64,000 nt of DNA from Tubiluchus corallicola (Eukaryota; Animalia; Priapulida): the NCBI GenBank assembly GCA_030141605.1, contig JAQGDQ010000074.1, forward strand, positions 434,001-498,000, given 5' to 3'. This document shows positions 39,871 through 52,200 of this stretch, piece by piece (the stretch's first letter is position 1; every line of letters begins with the position of its first letter). The translations under genes were made by a program, and so were the position numbers. The notes beneath the pieces were generated by a model. It had not been told where the DNA came from, did not search any database, and was given only the letters and a program-made list of their open reading frames with translations.

Positions 39871-40096
39871 GACTCCAAGATAGAACTTTATCAGAAGATG
39901 TGGCGATACATGCAGTCAGCAAAGCCGTCTGTTTTTGTAAATAGTTACAAGGAAGGCGTTACTTGGGTGTTAAATAAAAATTACGCATTTCTCATGGAAT
40001 CCACCACTGTACAATATGAGATACAGAAAGACTGCAATCTTACGCAAATTGGCGGGCTGCTTGATACTAAGGGATATGGCATTGGAACACCAAGAG
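39871..40096 (+). CDS. Module B exon 3, S2 ([11 protein letters not shown]...YAFLMEST...GYGIGTPR)
   Basis: ttatag acceptor, gtattt donor. S2 motifs. Confidence 0.95.
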
Positions 40097-40671
40097 GTAT
40101 TTTTCTCATTTATGACTTGTTTGATGTCTTAACGAGAAACGAGCTATCCTTAAACTGCACCGATTATTGAAGGTCTGCTGCGCATGTAAGCCGCTATGAA
40201 GTCTATTATTATTTTACATTGAAGCGTGCAAGAAATCGCTACACATATTCCATTTCTTTTATTTTTTAAGCATATCATTCATTCAGGTAAACAGCATTTT
40301 AAAGACTATCATAGTGTTTGTAGTTTTTATCGGTATCGAAGAACAAGCAGTCGGTCACTAGCTTGCAGGATGGTGATTCAGGCATTAACGACTTTGACTC
40401 AAAGGGTTAACCTAAGTAGAATAAAATAGCCAAGCTCCAAACTCACATTGTTTTTTAGTGTACAAATTTAATATACTCTATTCTCAAAATCAACGCAAAA
40501 CGCATTTCTTCTAAATTAATTTCATTAGTTATTTATGAATTTCGCTGCCGTGAATGTGACAATTTTATATTGGCCACACTTACTTGAGAAATAGAGAGCA
40601 GTGATGTAGGAAAAGAAAAAAGCAGCTAATAAACTTGCGGTGCTCCATAACTTTATAGATCTTTCTTCCAG

Positions 40672-40783
40672 ATTCTGTTTGGAGGGATAGAATATCCCTT
40701 GCGCTGCTGGAACTTCAGGAAAAGGGCAGAATACAGATTCTGTATACCAAGTGGTGGAAACACATGGGTGCTTCGTGTAACAG
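40672..40783 (+). CDS. Module B exon 4 (DSVWRDRISLALLELQEKGRIQILYTKWWKHMGASCNR)
   Basis: ctttcttccag acceptor, gtgatt donor. 112 nt as in module A. Absent from the ORF track. Confidence 0.94.
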
Positions 40784-41085
40784 GTGATTTTATACTTCTA
40801 CTGCCCAATGACTCATAGAGAAATTCCATTGATTATCTACTGCTTTTAGCAAAAAATATAAAAAAGGCATTTAATAAGACGAGTTCTAGTTAATATTTTA
40901 AATAAATGTTTACTATTTACATGTTACTTATTTTAAGATTATGTAATCGTACTCACTTGCTGTAGTGTGTGGAAACACTCAACATGTGTTACTCTAAAGT
41001 TGCTCATAAACTCTGAAGGAACAGTTTCTCGTAGGACATATGAAATCTAATGAACCATTTTGTGTAACAGTGTTCTTTGTTTCAG

Positions 41086-41239
41086 GGATAATAACAAAAA
41101 AGAAAACAAAGCTAATGAGCTGGGAGTGGAACAGGTGGGAGGCATTTTTGTTGTCCTTCTCGGGGGCCTTGCATTAGCGTTTGTGGTGGCCATAGTTGAA
41201 TTCACTCTGAATTCAAAAAGGAACGCTCAAACTGATAAG
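41086..41239 (+). CDS. Module B exon 5, M4
   Basis: ctttgtttcag acceptor, gtgggt donor. 154 nt as in module A; ANELGVEQVGGIFVVLLGGL is identical to module A. Confidence 0.94.
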
Positions 41240-41534
41240 GTGGGTTTATTCAAAATTATTGCTAAGTTACACATCTGCATTCACCTTCATAATGAGACCT
41301 GTTTCAAACGTCATTTGTTTTGCTTCAAATTCATGTGCGTATTCAAAATTCGGAATTTCCTGCTACTGATATGTACCGTCACTAGTAGAAAATGCAAAAA
41401 TTAAAGAATTTAATTGTATTATAATATCATTCCTTATTATTAGTAATGTTTTAGCCATAATTGTGTAAAAGCGATTGAGTAGTTCTATACTTATTAAAAT
41501 AGTGAGCATCATTTTCGGTTCTAATTTGTTGCAG

Positions 41535-41771
41535 CAATCTGTGTGCTCTGAAATGGCGGAAGAATTTCGATATGCCATTCGTTGTCATGGCAGCCAACAG
41601 AGGCCAGCTCTGAAGCGGAAGTGTTCGCAGTGCGAACAGCAACAGGCAAACACTTACGTACCGGCAGGCGACGCTGTGTACATCCCAGAATCTAACGGAG
41701 GCGTAATGCAAATGATGGAGGTGCGCAGATCGCCCGTACATTATAACTACGAATCAGCTTCTGAGATTTAG
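41535..41771 (+). CDS. Module B terminal exon, cytoplasmic tail ending ...YESASEI*
   Basis: tttgttgcag acceptor. QSVCSEMAEEFRYAIRCHGSQQRPALKRKCSQC; TAG stop. Confidence 0.9.
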   Translation, partial: QSVCSEMAEEFRYAIRCHGSQQRPALKRKCSQCEQQQANTYVPAGDAVYIPESNGGVMQMMEVRRSPVHYNYESASEI

Positions 41772-43254
41772 GAAAACATTTTACAAAGATGAAGAATTTG
41801 CTCGAGATCCTGCAAAAAAGTAGTAGACCACATTGGTCATATCAGTTACTGTAATTCACGAGTTTAGTGGCAACGGAATTGCAACGATGAATAGCCTGCG
41901 GAGGGATACAAAACTCGGTTGGTCGGTCTGAACCGAACCTTGTCGTAAATCAACGACTGACTGCATTTGAAATGAGGCTTTTTGACACTCACCACCTGAC
42001 GATCATCTACAGCTAGATAGAGGTCGTTTCCAAATAGTTCTGTACTACATATGGTTCTGTGAACGTAGAACATTTTAATAAGAAAAGCAGAGATCCTGTT
42101 ATAAAAGTTTGCTGCTGATTAATTGTAATTATAATTAGTTTTAGTGTAGTTAACTAACGATTTGTTTTCTTTTACCTATTTATTGTTTTTTTAATTCTCT
42201 GTTAGTACGATATTATAAAATGAATAGGGATCCGTAACGGACAGGCTAAATAAGAAAAAACGCGTGCATTGATCAGATAAGAAAAAGCAGTAATTCGGAA
42301 GTCGATCGTTGAGGAACCCCCTAATGAAGATACGAAAAAGTAGTGATCCTGAGATGTATCTTTGTAGCACACTACAGTTTATATTTTGCATATGCACGTA
42401 TACAGATACAGTACTACGTTCAAAAGTATTACGTTTATGTATTTTTTCAAGTTGGGGAGGGGCAAAAATTCAATACGTTTGCGTTGTCACTAATTCCCTG
42501 CAGAGATTACAAGTGCTGTCAATATAAGCTATATCGGTGGAATGTTTGAAGACTGCTTAATGTAATATATATATATAATGGCCTGCTAATGTTGTAAATA
42601 CTGTTTATTAAATACTTATATCACAGTATAATACAAAATATAGGCATAATGTTATTGTCTGCTACAGAAATTTATTTTACACAGTATAAATGTCATATAA
42701 ACACCTAATTGTCATTTGGCAGAAGAATGTAACTGCGTTTGTATGTCAGAATTGTAGTAACTCTGCTTGAGATACAGTATAGGTCTCGTAACTGCACCCA
42801 CTTGGGCCTTATGGATCTTGCGTTAGGCTAATATCGCAGTGATAATCTCATTCATGACGATTGATTAAGATGAACTAGCAGTTGACATTCTCCTCTATAT
42901 ACTACCCCTAATAGTTTCGAGGATGCATTCCAAGACACTGTTAAATCTGAAAATAACATAAGATATTTATGGCCATTTGAAGTACGAGTTTCTATTCAAT
43001 TTTTATCGAGAAGGGCAGAGATTTGCAATCGTTAACTAAATCATAAGTCAGAAGCTATTCTCCTCGTAGTGTACAGACATGATGTAAATACGGCATGTAC
43101 ATGAAAACAAATTTAAATTTTAGGCAATCATTCCTGTATAGCTTATAGTCTACATTTTCTAGCTTATACATGCTATTTATGTTTGTTTAATCGTGTTGGC
43201 ATTCCTTGTTTACGTATTGCTATAAATATTGTAAATTAAACAAAAAGCTTGTAG

Positions 43255-43451
<197 letters not shown>

Positions 43452-45757
43452 AAAACTTACTTGTCATTGTTTCACCTTCAATGCCCTAACTATCTAAACA
43501 AAATAACGCTAATAAAGTAACTATAATTACATAATAATTTATTTCAATTTTTGTACAAAAACAATATAATCGCGCCACAAAAATAATAAGCTAAAGCAGT
43601 CAATTTCGTCTAGCACAAAAATAAGCAAAGGGGCTCCTCAGTAATTTTGGTAATTTACGTCTTATAGTCATCAAAGTGGCAGCATTTACCTCATTAGTAA
43701 ATTACTAGTCTTTGGATTTTAAAAACTAGTTAAGACTCAATTTTTTTCAGTTCTTCCTTTGTTTATACTCTTAGCCAAGCTAAACTCTCACTAAATAAAT
43801 GCATTATTTTTATTTTCTATTGGGGTGTATTTCAAAATGTCTTTTCATTAAGGCCGTCTTTAAGGGGTAAATGCCTACGTGCATGAGAGAAATATTAATA
43901 TTATGTTTTGAATATTCCTTTGTAAATGGTACATAAACAAACCATATAGCAGAATGACAACCAAACTGAACTTCAGAAGTGTGTATTGAAAAACAATTTA
44001 AAGCTCAACTTCCCCATTTTGGTGTCAAGATCCTTGCCACAAATGGTACTGTGATATAAGCCTACTTGATTAAGTGATTTTATTTCTTTCAGAAACACAA
44101 CGCTCCCTATTAACAAAAATTCAAACTGCACAAAGGCGATAGAGAAATTAACAGATTGAGAAAACTTATACGACGTAGATAGGCTAACATTAATGCTCTA
44201 CTATAATACACAAAAATGACGATACGCTTGTATGATTGAAAAACGCATTGATGTTACCATGATGCTATAGGGCAATGTAGTATACATTTACACTTATAAT
44301 GTACATTTCATCGTACATGTTACAATAGATTTTTACACTATTTACAAATCAGTAAAATAATATAGAAAAAAATCTAACAAAACGTTTCAGTAAATTTTTG
44401 ACACATGTAGGCTATCTGTCATAGACTGAAATGCTATTTCATTAGACTTCAACAAATGCGTGAAAATTACAAGAGAAACATTTTAAATACTTTAACTATT
44501 GGAAAGAATGTTCTATTTTTAATTCGTTGATGCATTCTCTGTAGTTCTATATCTTGAGGCTCACGATTCTACAGAACTTAATAATCACCCAATAATTCTG
44601 ACTGTGTAGTATGGCTTACCGATGGCAAGTTGCATAATTACGCGAAACTTTAATATTAAAAAATCATGCCACAAACAATTTAGTTACCTATGAGACAAAA
44701 TCCCATAATAATTTATAAAATGCACATTTAGGTCGTAACAAAGCAAATTATTACACAATATTAAAGCAGCTATCACATATTTTATTTAGTTTGTAAAAAA
44801 ATACAAAATCTGCCGAGTTTATGTTAGATAATGTAAAGCGTTTCAGAAATGACTCACTAGCTTGATTTTCAATTTTCAGATTTTCTTTATAACTAATTGA
44901 CCAACGACGTTCATCTTCTGCTGAACTCTTACTCAATAATTGAGAATGTTTTTCACTCTAAATTTGAAAATTTGCGCTGATTTCTTCTTTTTCCTGCTAC
45001 TATTCTGACTCTAAAACGGAAGCGTAAAATCGCTGCTTAGATATACATCCATACGGGTATAGAAAACAGCATGGTAATGATGGCTGGCGTAAATTAAAAT
45101 CGCTACAGTAGACTAAAGAAGCGAACTTGGTTACCACCAAAGCTCTCACGAATCCTAAGCCCAGCAACAAACTGTCTGGTTGGAATATTACTGTAATTGT
45201 TTTATTTTTTAATACATTTTTAAAAATAATGAGAGATATTTGAAACACCCGATTAATTTTTATGACGGTTTTGTAAAAACTGGTTCCTTAGGCACGCCAT
45301 ACAAAATGATCGGTCAATTTAGCCAAAAGGAGAGAAAATTATTTATTAGACATTGCAGGCAGAAAACTTATATATTAGGCAAAGCGGCCAATTTTGAACG
45401 TGGATCACAGGGACTTTTGTGTTTTATTTAGTTACCCATAGAGTATGTATCTCTATGTATAGATACAGCTATGTATCCATAATTGACTAAAGCACAGAAC
45501 ATATTAAAGCTTGAACCAGAAAGGTACGAAGTGGGCAAACAGACGTTAATGTCGGAAAAAACATACCATAAAAAATTAATAGGCAACAAATTGGAAAGAA
45601 ACAAAAAAGCGTTAGTTAGAAGGCTCTTGCTTTCCTACTTAGTTCGGTTGTCTTGTTTTCTTTTCTAAATCATCGAGGCAAAGAGCGTTCATTTTTATAT
45701 GCTTAAAACCATTCACTTCATAACGTATGACGTTTTAAGTGGTTTCAGCATGCTGTG

Positions 45758-45982
45758 CTACATGATGTCGCGACTATGTCCTATATGCAAAGACGGGACG
45801 TGTACAGAATCTCTCGGCGAGTACTGCATTGCAGCTAATGTCAACGCATTCGGTGGAATGCCATTCTTATCTAAAAACTTTTCCACGCTAGGCCGCTTCC
45901 GCAATGGCGGCACTCTGTCTTTGCTTCCTTTGCAGGCTATCGCAAACTTCATTTGTTGCACGAGTTCACTACAAAGCGTCTT
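45758..45982 (-). CDS. iGluR gene 2 terminal exon, cytoplasmic tail ending ...SRDIM*
   Basis: ttttgcag acceptor. TLCSEL...KFAIAC.GS is homologous to the module A/B tails; TAG stop. Confidence 0.88.
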   Translation of the reverse strand, partial: KTLCSELVQQMKFAIACKGSKDRVPPLRKRPSVEKFLDKNGIPPNALTLAAMQYSPRDSVHVPSLHIGHSRDIM

Positions 45983-46199
45983 CTGCAAAACGATATGTAT
46001 AACAATTAAAAAAGATAAAAACTAATCGAAAAAGTTGATCAGCAAAATTTGTATTGTAGTTAAATAAGGTGGCATTAACTCAGTGATATATTTTTTAGAC
46101 ACTAAAGCGTAATAAGCCATAAACACCAGCTAATTCGCCTACATTGATCAATTAGTTACGCTGATTGATTGCTTACTAGGAATGTGAGAATTGAGACAT

Positions 46200-46275
46200 A
46201 TCAGTTCATGTGGCAATGCGTGCTGCTTGAGAAGGCAAAAAAGTTTCTGGATTCGAATCCTGGCTGGGTTCGAAT
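46200..46275 (+). mobile_element. Possible tRNA-derived SINE head remnant
   Basis: B-box-like ggattcgaatcc and gggttcgaat, preceded by a weak A-box-like stretch. Confidence 0.3.
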
Positions 46276-46457
46276 ATATACGCTATTAGATTTTCTAATT
46301 CTGCCTTACTACAATTTAATATGTCTAAATACATCTATTAAAAGTTGACATTTGTCACCATTATTATTATTAACGAAAAGATGGTAATGCATTAGCCACT
46401 GATTTTCAGTATATTGTACCAAAAGAAGTTTTTCAGTTTTCACTATTTTCCACATAC

Positions 46458-46726
46458 CTCATCTTCATCTGCAAATTGCCTCGCTTTCCAGATGAACTCT
46501 ACGATGCCGACAATTATGGCCATGAAGAGGCCACCAATCAGGAGTACAAAAACGCCTCCTAGCGTGGTAAGATCTAGCTCGTTTGCTTCCTGCTTTTTCT
46601 GGTCTTCCGTTTCAGAGCAGCCCCCTCCAGCCATGTGTTTCCACCACTTGTCCTTTATCAAGTGCAGATCTGAAGACTCTTGCAATTGGAGGATGGCACT
46701 GGAGACTAGATCACGTAGCATTGAAC
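46458..46726 (-). CDS. iGluR gene 2 S2 end + M4 exon
   Basis: ttttttgctag acceptor, gtatgt donor. AILQLQE, KWW and GGVFVLLIGG motifs. Confidence 0.95.
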
Positions 46727-46852
46727 CTAGCAAAAAACAAATAACAAAGTTGGAATTTAACGCTTCCAATCCAGCGTTAACAAGTACCTAGTCACGACAA
46801 ACTGCATTCCGAAAGAAACAAACAAATAAGCAAGTTTTCAGTCCACTCAAAC

Positions 46853-47160
46853 AACAAGCGCCAATACTAGTAGTGACATAATACTTATTGTGTGTCCTAA
46901 TGTTTAGATGATAATATATTCATCGTTCTCCAAGGCGAGACCTGAAAACGAAATCAAGCTTTTTTTTACAAAAATTTACCATTTACTGTAAAAATGAAAT
47001 TTACAGAAATGCCTGTCAAAAACAAACTTTCTTACAATTAAATGTGTTAAAGTAATTTTTTTAAAATCTCTGTCAAATCACCTTGGAGAATAATGATTGT
47101 ATTATCATTGAAATACCAAATAAATCACGCGTTATGTCACTACTAGTGCAGGCACTTGCT
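46853..47160. mobile_element. About 300-bp foldback / MITE-like element in an intron of gene 2
   Basis: actagtagtgacataa (46866-46881) is the exact reverse complement of 47132-47147. The inner pairs atgataata/tattatcat and ttctccaagg/ccttggagaa are nested symmetrically. Confidence 0.75.
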
Positions 47161-47256
47161 GTTTCTTTCTTAATAAAAGTTATATTCGTTCACCATATGT
47201 ACATTTAGAACGTTTACTACAAACATAAAAGCAAATTTTAAAGCATCGGCACATAC

Positions 47257-47479
47257 CTTTTGGAGTTCCAATTCCATAACCTTTGGTATCCAGAAGTCCT
47301 CCGACTTGCTGCAGATCGCAGTCTCGTTGTATGACATACTCCACCATGGTACTCTCCATAAGATAAGCATATTTTCCTGCTTTAACCCTTTGTACTCCAT
47401 GTTCACTGGTGTTGCAAAACACGTCAGGATTTCCTGACATGAATGCCCACATTTGCTCATATGTTGGAATTCTAGAATT
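47257..47479 (-). CDS. iGluR gene 2 S2 exon ([11 protein letters not shown]...YAYLMESTM...GYGIGTPKG)
   Basis: atttag acceptor, gtatgt donor; 223 nt. Confidence 0.95.
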
Positions 47480-47881
47480 CTAAATTTTTAAGAAGAAATA
47501 TTACTTTTCTCACTTTTTGTTACCTCATTAAAACAGAATAACTCATAAATGTATAAAATTCTAAAAAGTAAAAATATTTGTCAGAAAGTTAGACAAAATA
47601 GTTGGCTTGCTTAGAGACCAAAGCTTAGCAATGCTGGACCATATCAGTAAACGGACATAAGGAAAACGTTTTTGACAGTTTCACATCACACATTGCCCTT
47701 AGCTATAATTAACCTCGTTAAGGGACTATGTACACCCGTCCGAATGTGGCTAAGACACCTATGTCTGTTTAGAAGATTGTTCTTGACATGAGATCCACAG
47801 CAATCTATAATAATGTAGGCACTGCATGCTGGACCTCATTTTACACATTGCCGAACGGTATAGTAAAAATGTAAAACTGAC

Positions 47882-48099
47882 CTTGAAAAAGAGCTTGGTT
47901 GAGCCACTATCTTGGCACCCATACCGAATGTCTGTCTGTTTAGATAGATCATCTGCATTCTCTATTGGCGTTACCATGCGTTCTACAGTGAGGAACGCAG
48001 CTAAATTTGCAGTATATGATGATATCATAATAAGTGTAAAGAACCACCAGATTCCTGACACCATCCTCGTAGACATGGCTCGAGGCATTATCTCAGAGC
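47882..48099 (-). CDS. iGluR gene 2 M3 exon ([12 protein letters not shown]...[15 protein letters not shown]...SGSTKLFFK)
   Basis: ttttttcccag acceptor, gtcagt donor. SYTANLAAF motif. Confidence 0.96.
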
Positions 48100-48724
48100 C
48101 TGGGAAAAAATGAATACTTTGACTAATTTTTGCAAAACTTTAGGTATTTCTAGTGCAAGGAAGGTTTTTGTCAAAACAGTCGCATGGATTACAGTCAAAA
48201 GATAGAAACTACGACGACTATAAAGTGTCAGTCATTCGATATTTTGTCTACCTTGTTGTTTAATGTTGTTCATTGGTTGCAAGATAATTAGATGAACTGT
48301 TTCAATGCACCTTTTGAAAAAGATTACATTTTCAGTGCATTAGCCGAACTGGTGACACAAAGATAAGTGACTTATTCACACGTTGACCTTGATATTAAGC
48401 TTAGAAGTTCCATTGTATAACCAAAACGTTCTACTACTCATTCCAAGTAGAACAGAAAGGCAAGAAGCAATACACTTAAGGAACAAGCATGACATAAATT
48501 TTAATTAACAGCGTCATAGGAGAAGCACGAATACAGAAAAGAATCAATAATGTTCATTTTAACCCAACGATAAATAATAATCACTGTCACATAATACCTG
48601 GTGAGACATCAAAATTTCCCACTAAATTTCTACAGTCCAATATTTTTTCTTTTCATTAGTTGACAAGACTACAACAACATGTACTTAGTGCAAGAGGGAA
48701 AAAATAGCAAGAAGGAAACACGGG

Positions 48725-49035
48725 AGAGACAGTAAGAGAAAGACAGATAAGCAGATGAGTAGGCAAGTAAATCGATAGATATAGGTAGATATGTATTGGT
48801 AAACATAGGTAGATAGATAGGTAGATATAGATAGGTCGGTCGGTCAGCCAGAAAGTCGGTCACTGGGTAGGTAGGTAGCTAACTAGATAGACTGATATAT
48901 GAACGAACAGACAGATAGACAGACAGACAAAGGGATCGACAGACAGATAGATAGGTAGGCAGATAGGTAAATAGACAAACACGCGGGCAGGCTAGCTGGC
49001 AGGCAAACTGAGAGAGACAGACAGACAGATAGACA
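48725..49035. repeat. Degenerate (GATA/GACA/GGTA)n tetranucleotide tract
   Basis: Direct reading. It starts about 10 nt into the intron after the MQQG exon of gene 2. Confidence 0.8.
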
Positions 49036-49043
49036 AATTTTAC

Positions 49044-49162
49044 CTTGTTGCATCAGAGATCCTACGGTAAACCATAAGCTGTTTAAGATGCTAAATTGAT
49101 TTTGGACAATGTCCGAATCTTGATTACACGGATGAGGATTGTACCATTCGTATGGTGAAAAC
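49044..49162 (-). CDS. iGluR gene 2 M2 pore-loop exon ([12 protein letters not shown]...[14 protein letters not shown])
   Basis: ttcctgtag acceptor, gtaaaa donor. Absent from the ORF track. Confidence 0.95.
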
Positions 49163-50626
49163 CTACAGGAAAAACAATCATAGTGGGTAAGGGTATTTTA
49201 TTTAGTTCCGCTTAGGAGATACATGTAATAGCTTATAAAATTATGATGGTAAATTAGTCGAGGATTTTTTAAAATGTATGACTAAATGTGTTTCAATAGC
49301 ACAATTTAGCTTTGTGTGATGAGAATTTATACGGAAACTGCGAATTTGCTTAACATTTGTACGAGATACAGAACAACGAAGAAAGGAAAAATAAAAAATG
49401 ACATCGTCTGGTGTTAAAAAAGTGTGATGTGATTCTCGCTTCTCTTCGTAAAAGTCAAATTGGTCAAACTACCCTATGTTATACAGGTCTACTGAGAAAC
49501 GGTATACTTTTCAATTGAAATCTCACGGCACGATGTTAATTGCAGTTAGTGCTGAATATTGATGTTGAGAAACTTAGTACCAAAAGAATTGCCATGAACA
49601 TGAAAATCTTATTTAAACTGTTTAAAATAATAATATATTGCTTTTTAATTTATTGTAGGTATATTTATTTCAATATTCAAGTATTGAAAAGCTACTCAAG
49701 GTCGTTTAATTGTTAGTCAGAGTACACGCAACATATAATCACATCCTATTAGAATGACATAAATTTATGTTAATTCTGTCAATGGAACACCAAATGAGCT
49801 TATGATGCCTTCTTTTCATTGCGGGCACATCTATATCACATCTCTATATTACCATTTCAAAATTTGTGCGAAAATATAATACGGCGCAGCACATTAGCAA
49901 ATAAAGATGGAGGCGTAAAACGGAAGTTAAAATTTATCTAACACAATTAATCCAGCCAGGAGAAATCTAAAATCAAATAAATGTCTACTTACTGCATTGG
50001 TCAAGGAAGCATTATAGCACAATTATAGTATTAAACATTGTCAATGCGAATATTTAAGCTGTATACAGTAAAACATAGTATATTTTCCTTCCAAATTTGT
50101 GACTGTTATAAAAGAAACAACTCTGAAAGCTTTCTGCACGTTATAAAATTATTTTGTTTCCTTTGGTGGAGCTGAAGACTCAAAAGACAGTGCTAAAAGG
50201 AAGTAGCTATAGGCAATAAAAGCAGCATCTCTTTAGGCTTTACTTAAAGGGCCTACCGCTTGCTTTGCGTTACTTGCATTATCACAAAGACTTGTTGCTA
50301 CTATTGCTACATATTAACTCTCTGCAATGACGTTTAATCTGTTGTTCAAAATTACTGTTATGACAATAGCCAAGTCGTAAAATTTTCACTTAGCCTTATC
50401 AACTAAGAAACCCAGTCAATTTCCCCTCATGCCCCTACAGTGTTTTGGTGCAGAAACAAGACCGTTGCTTGAATTATCGTAAGAAGTACTAAGAGCGTTT
50501 TCCTGTTAACAAAGCAATCGTTCAAACGATCGTTTGTATGTACTACCAATAAAACACTGTTGAGTTCTGGGTCAGCTTGATTCGTTTATTGTAGTATTTA
50601 AATTTGCGTCGGAACACTTAACTCAC

Positions 50627-50850
50627 CTTGCTAGTACGAAGAGAATGAAGGAAACTCCTAAGTAAGCGAGGATCATGTACATCCAGACACTTAGTGAGAG
50701 CGGCTCAAGAAAACTAAAAAGTTTAGGATCTTTTTTCTCGGGTTTCTTAAATAAAATGCTTATTCCCAGGTTCATGTATGGCTTGGTGAAATCTATCACC
50801 TCTTCTCGTATGTACGTTATGGTAAGCGGAGCAACGGCCAAGTCCGCCTT
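50627..50850 (-). CDS. iGluR gene 2 S1-M1 exon ([24 protein letters not shown]...FVLAR)
   Basis: ttattacag acceptor, gtgagt donor. Confidence 0.95.
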
Positions 50851-52054
50851 CTGTAATAAAGAAGAAAGCTGTAATATAACTACATGATAAAGATTCTCGG
50901 TATAATAAATTACAGAAATAATTGGCGGAAGCCTAACTAGAATTAACATTTTTCATTGCTTCTTTTCTGTAACAAATTGACATTTAGGTAAATTGAACAT
51001 TATCGCGCTTATTGTGCCATTGGTATTATTTTGTTTTTTGGGTTGCAATAGTTACCAACGATTATCACCATATTAAAAAATAATTTCAAATCATTAATGC
51101 ACAACTCTTGCCAATAAAAAAACTCCACAACGCAAGTTTTCCCAGGTTACTTTTTACCGGCAAACGGTAATAATAAATTAGCAAGAACAATTAATTTTGC
51201 TGGTGCCACTGCATACAAAAGCCTAGTGATTTAAATGACAAGTAAAATAATTGACTAATTAATCAATTAGTAAAACAAACGATGTTACTTGCTCGACATT
51301 ATGAGTGACCCTGGAACGAAACATTTATTTGGTTCTGGTTTTGACAGTCAAATTAATAAGCTCATTATAGAGCTATACCCGCTCATTAAGTTAGTTTAGG
51401 AAAGTAAATGTGGGCATGCAAAGATACTAAAGCAAAAAGTGTTCATTTCTAGAATACGAAGTTATTTTGATTAACTGGCAAGCAACGAATGACACAGCGT
51501 CAGTGTGGACCTCAAGCACAGTAAACCGCACCCTCGTTTTGATTTAACTTTCTTTTGGATTGTCAGCATGAGTTACATTTACCAAGCGCTTGATATCAGA
51601 TAAGCATAATCAGTTATAACAAAACCCATTAAAACTCGACAAAATCTAAATAAACCTTGATAGCTCCTGAGGATATTCTAAATTATCTTTGCAAATGTTG
51701 CCTTTTCCTTATAAGACGCTTGCCGGAATCATGCAAATGTTCAGATGCTACGTGCACGTGTGCACATTATGGAACATCAGTGGATAAATTAGTCTTATGT
51801 AAATTAGCCCTGTTGTAAGCATTTGGAAATTCTCCTTCCCTTTTTATTTGAATGAACTTGCAAGAAACTCAATAGGCTATTACGGTTCAGGTTGAAAACA
51901 TCTTTATTAATTTAGTTTCATTTGAGCTGTAACAAGGCACAAACACATTTATTAATAGAAAAAAAAATATTTCATTCGTTACACTTGTTTTGTGCCTTGT
52001 TACAGATAAAACTCTGGTGGAGAAATAAACGAAATCTATCATGCCATCTATCTG

Positions 52055-52200
<146 letters not shown>

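Larger units (their letters stand above)
37691..41771 (+). other. Module B: second intact copy of the S1-M1-M2-M3-S2-M4-CTD half of the receptor (6 exons, 500 aa), with no ATD exons of its own
   Basis: Same intron positions and phases as module A (exons 213/561/226/112/154/237 nt vs 204/561/223/112/154/270 nt). The frame is open through to the stop at 41769-41771. Confidence 0.9.

Noticed and set aside
37691-41771. Module B as an assembly or haplotype duplicate of module A
   Set aside because: About 18% amino-acid divergence in the best-conserved exon, indels in other exons, and different intron lengths and sequences.
37691-41771. Module B as a pseudogene
   Set aside because: No stops or frameshifts over 500 codons and the key motifs are intact. 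The only oddity is a GC donor, which can be functional.
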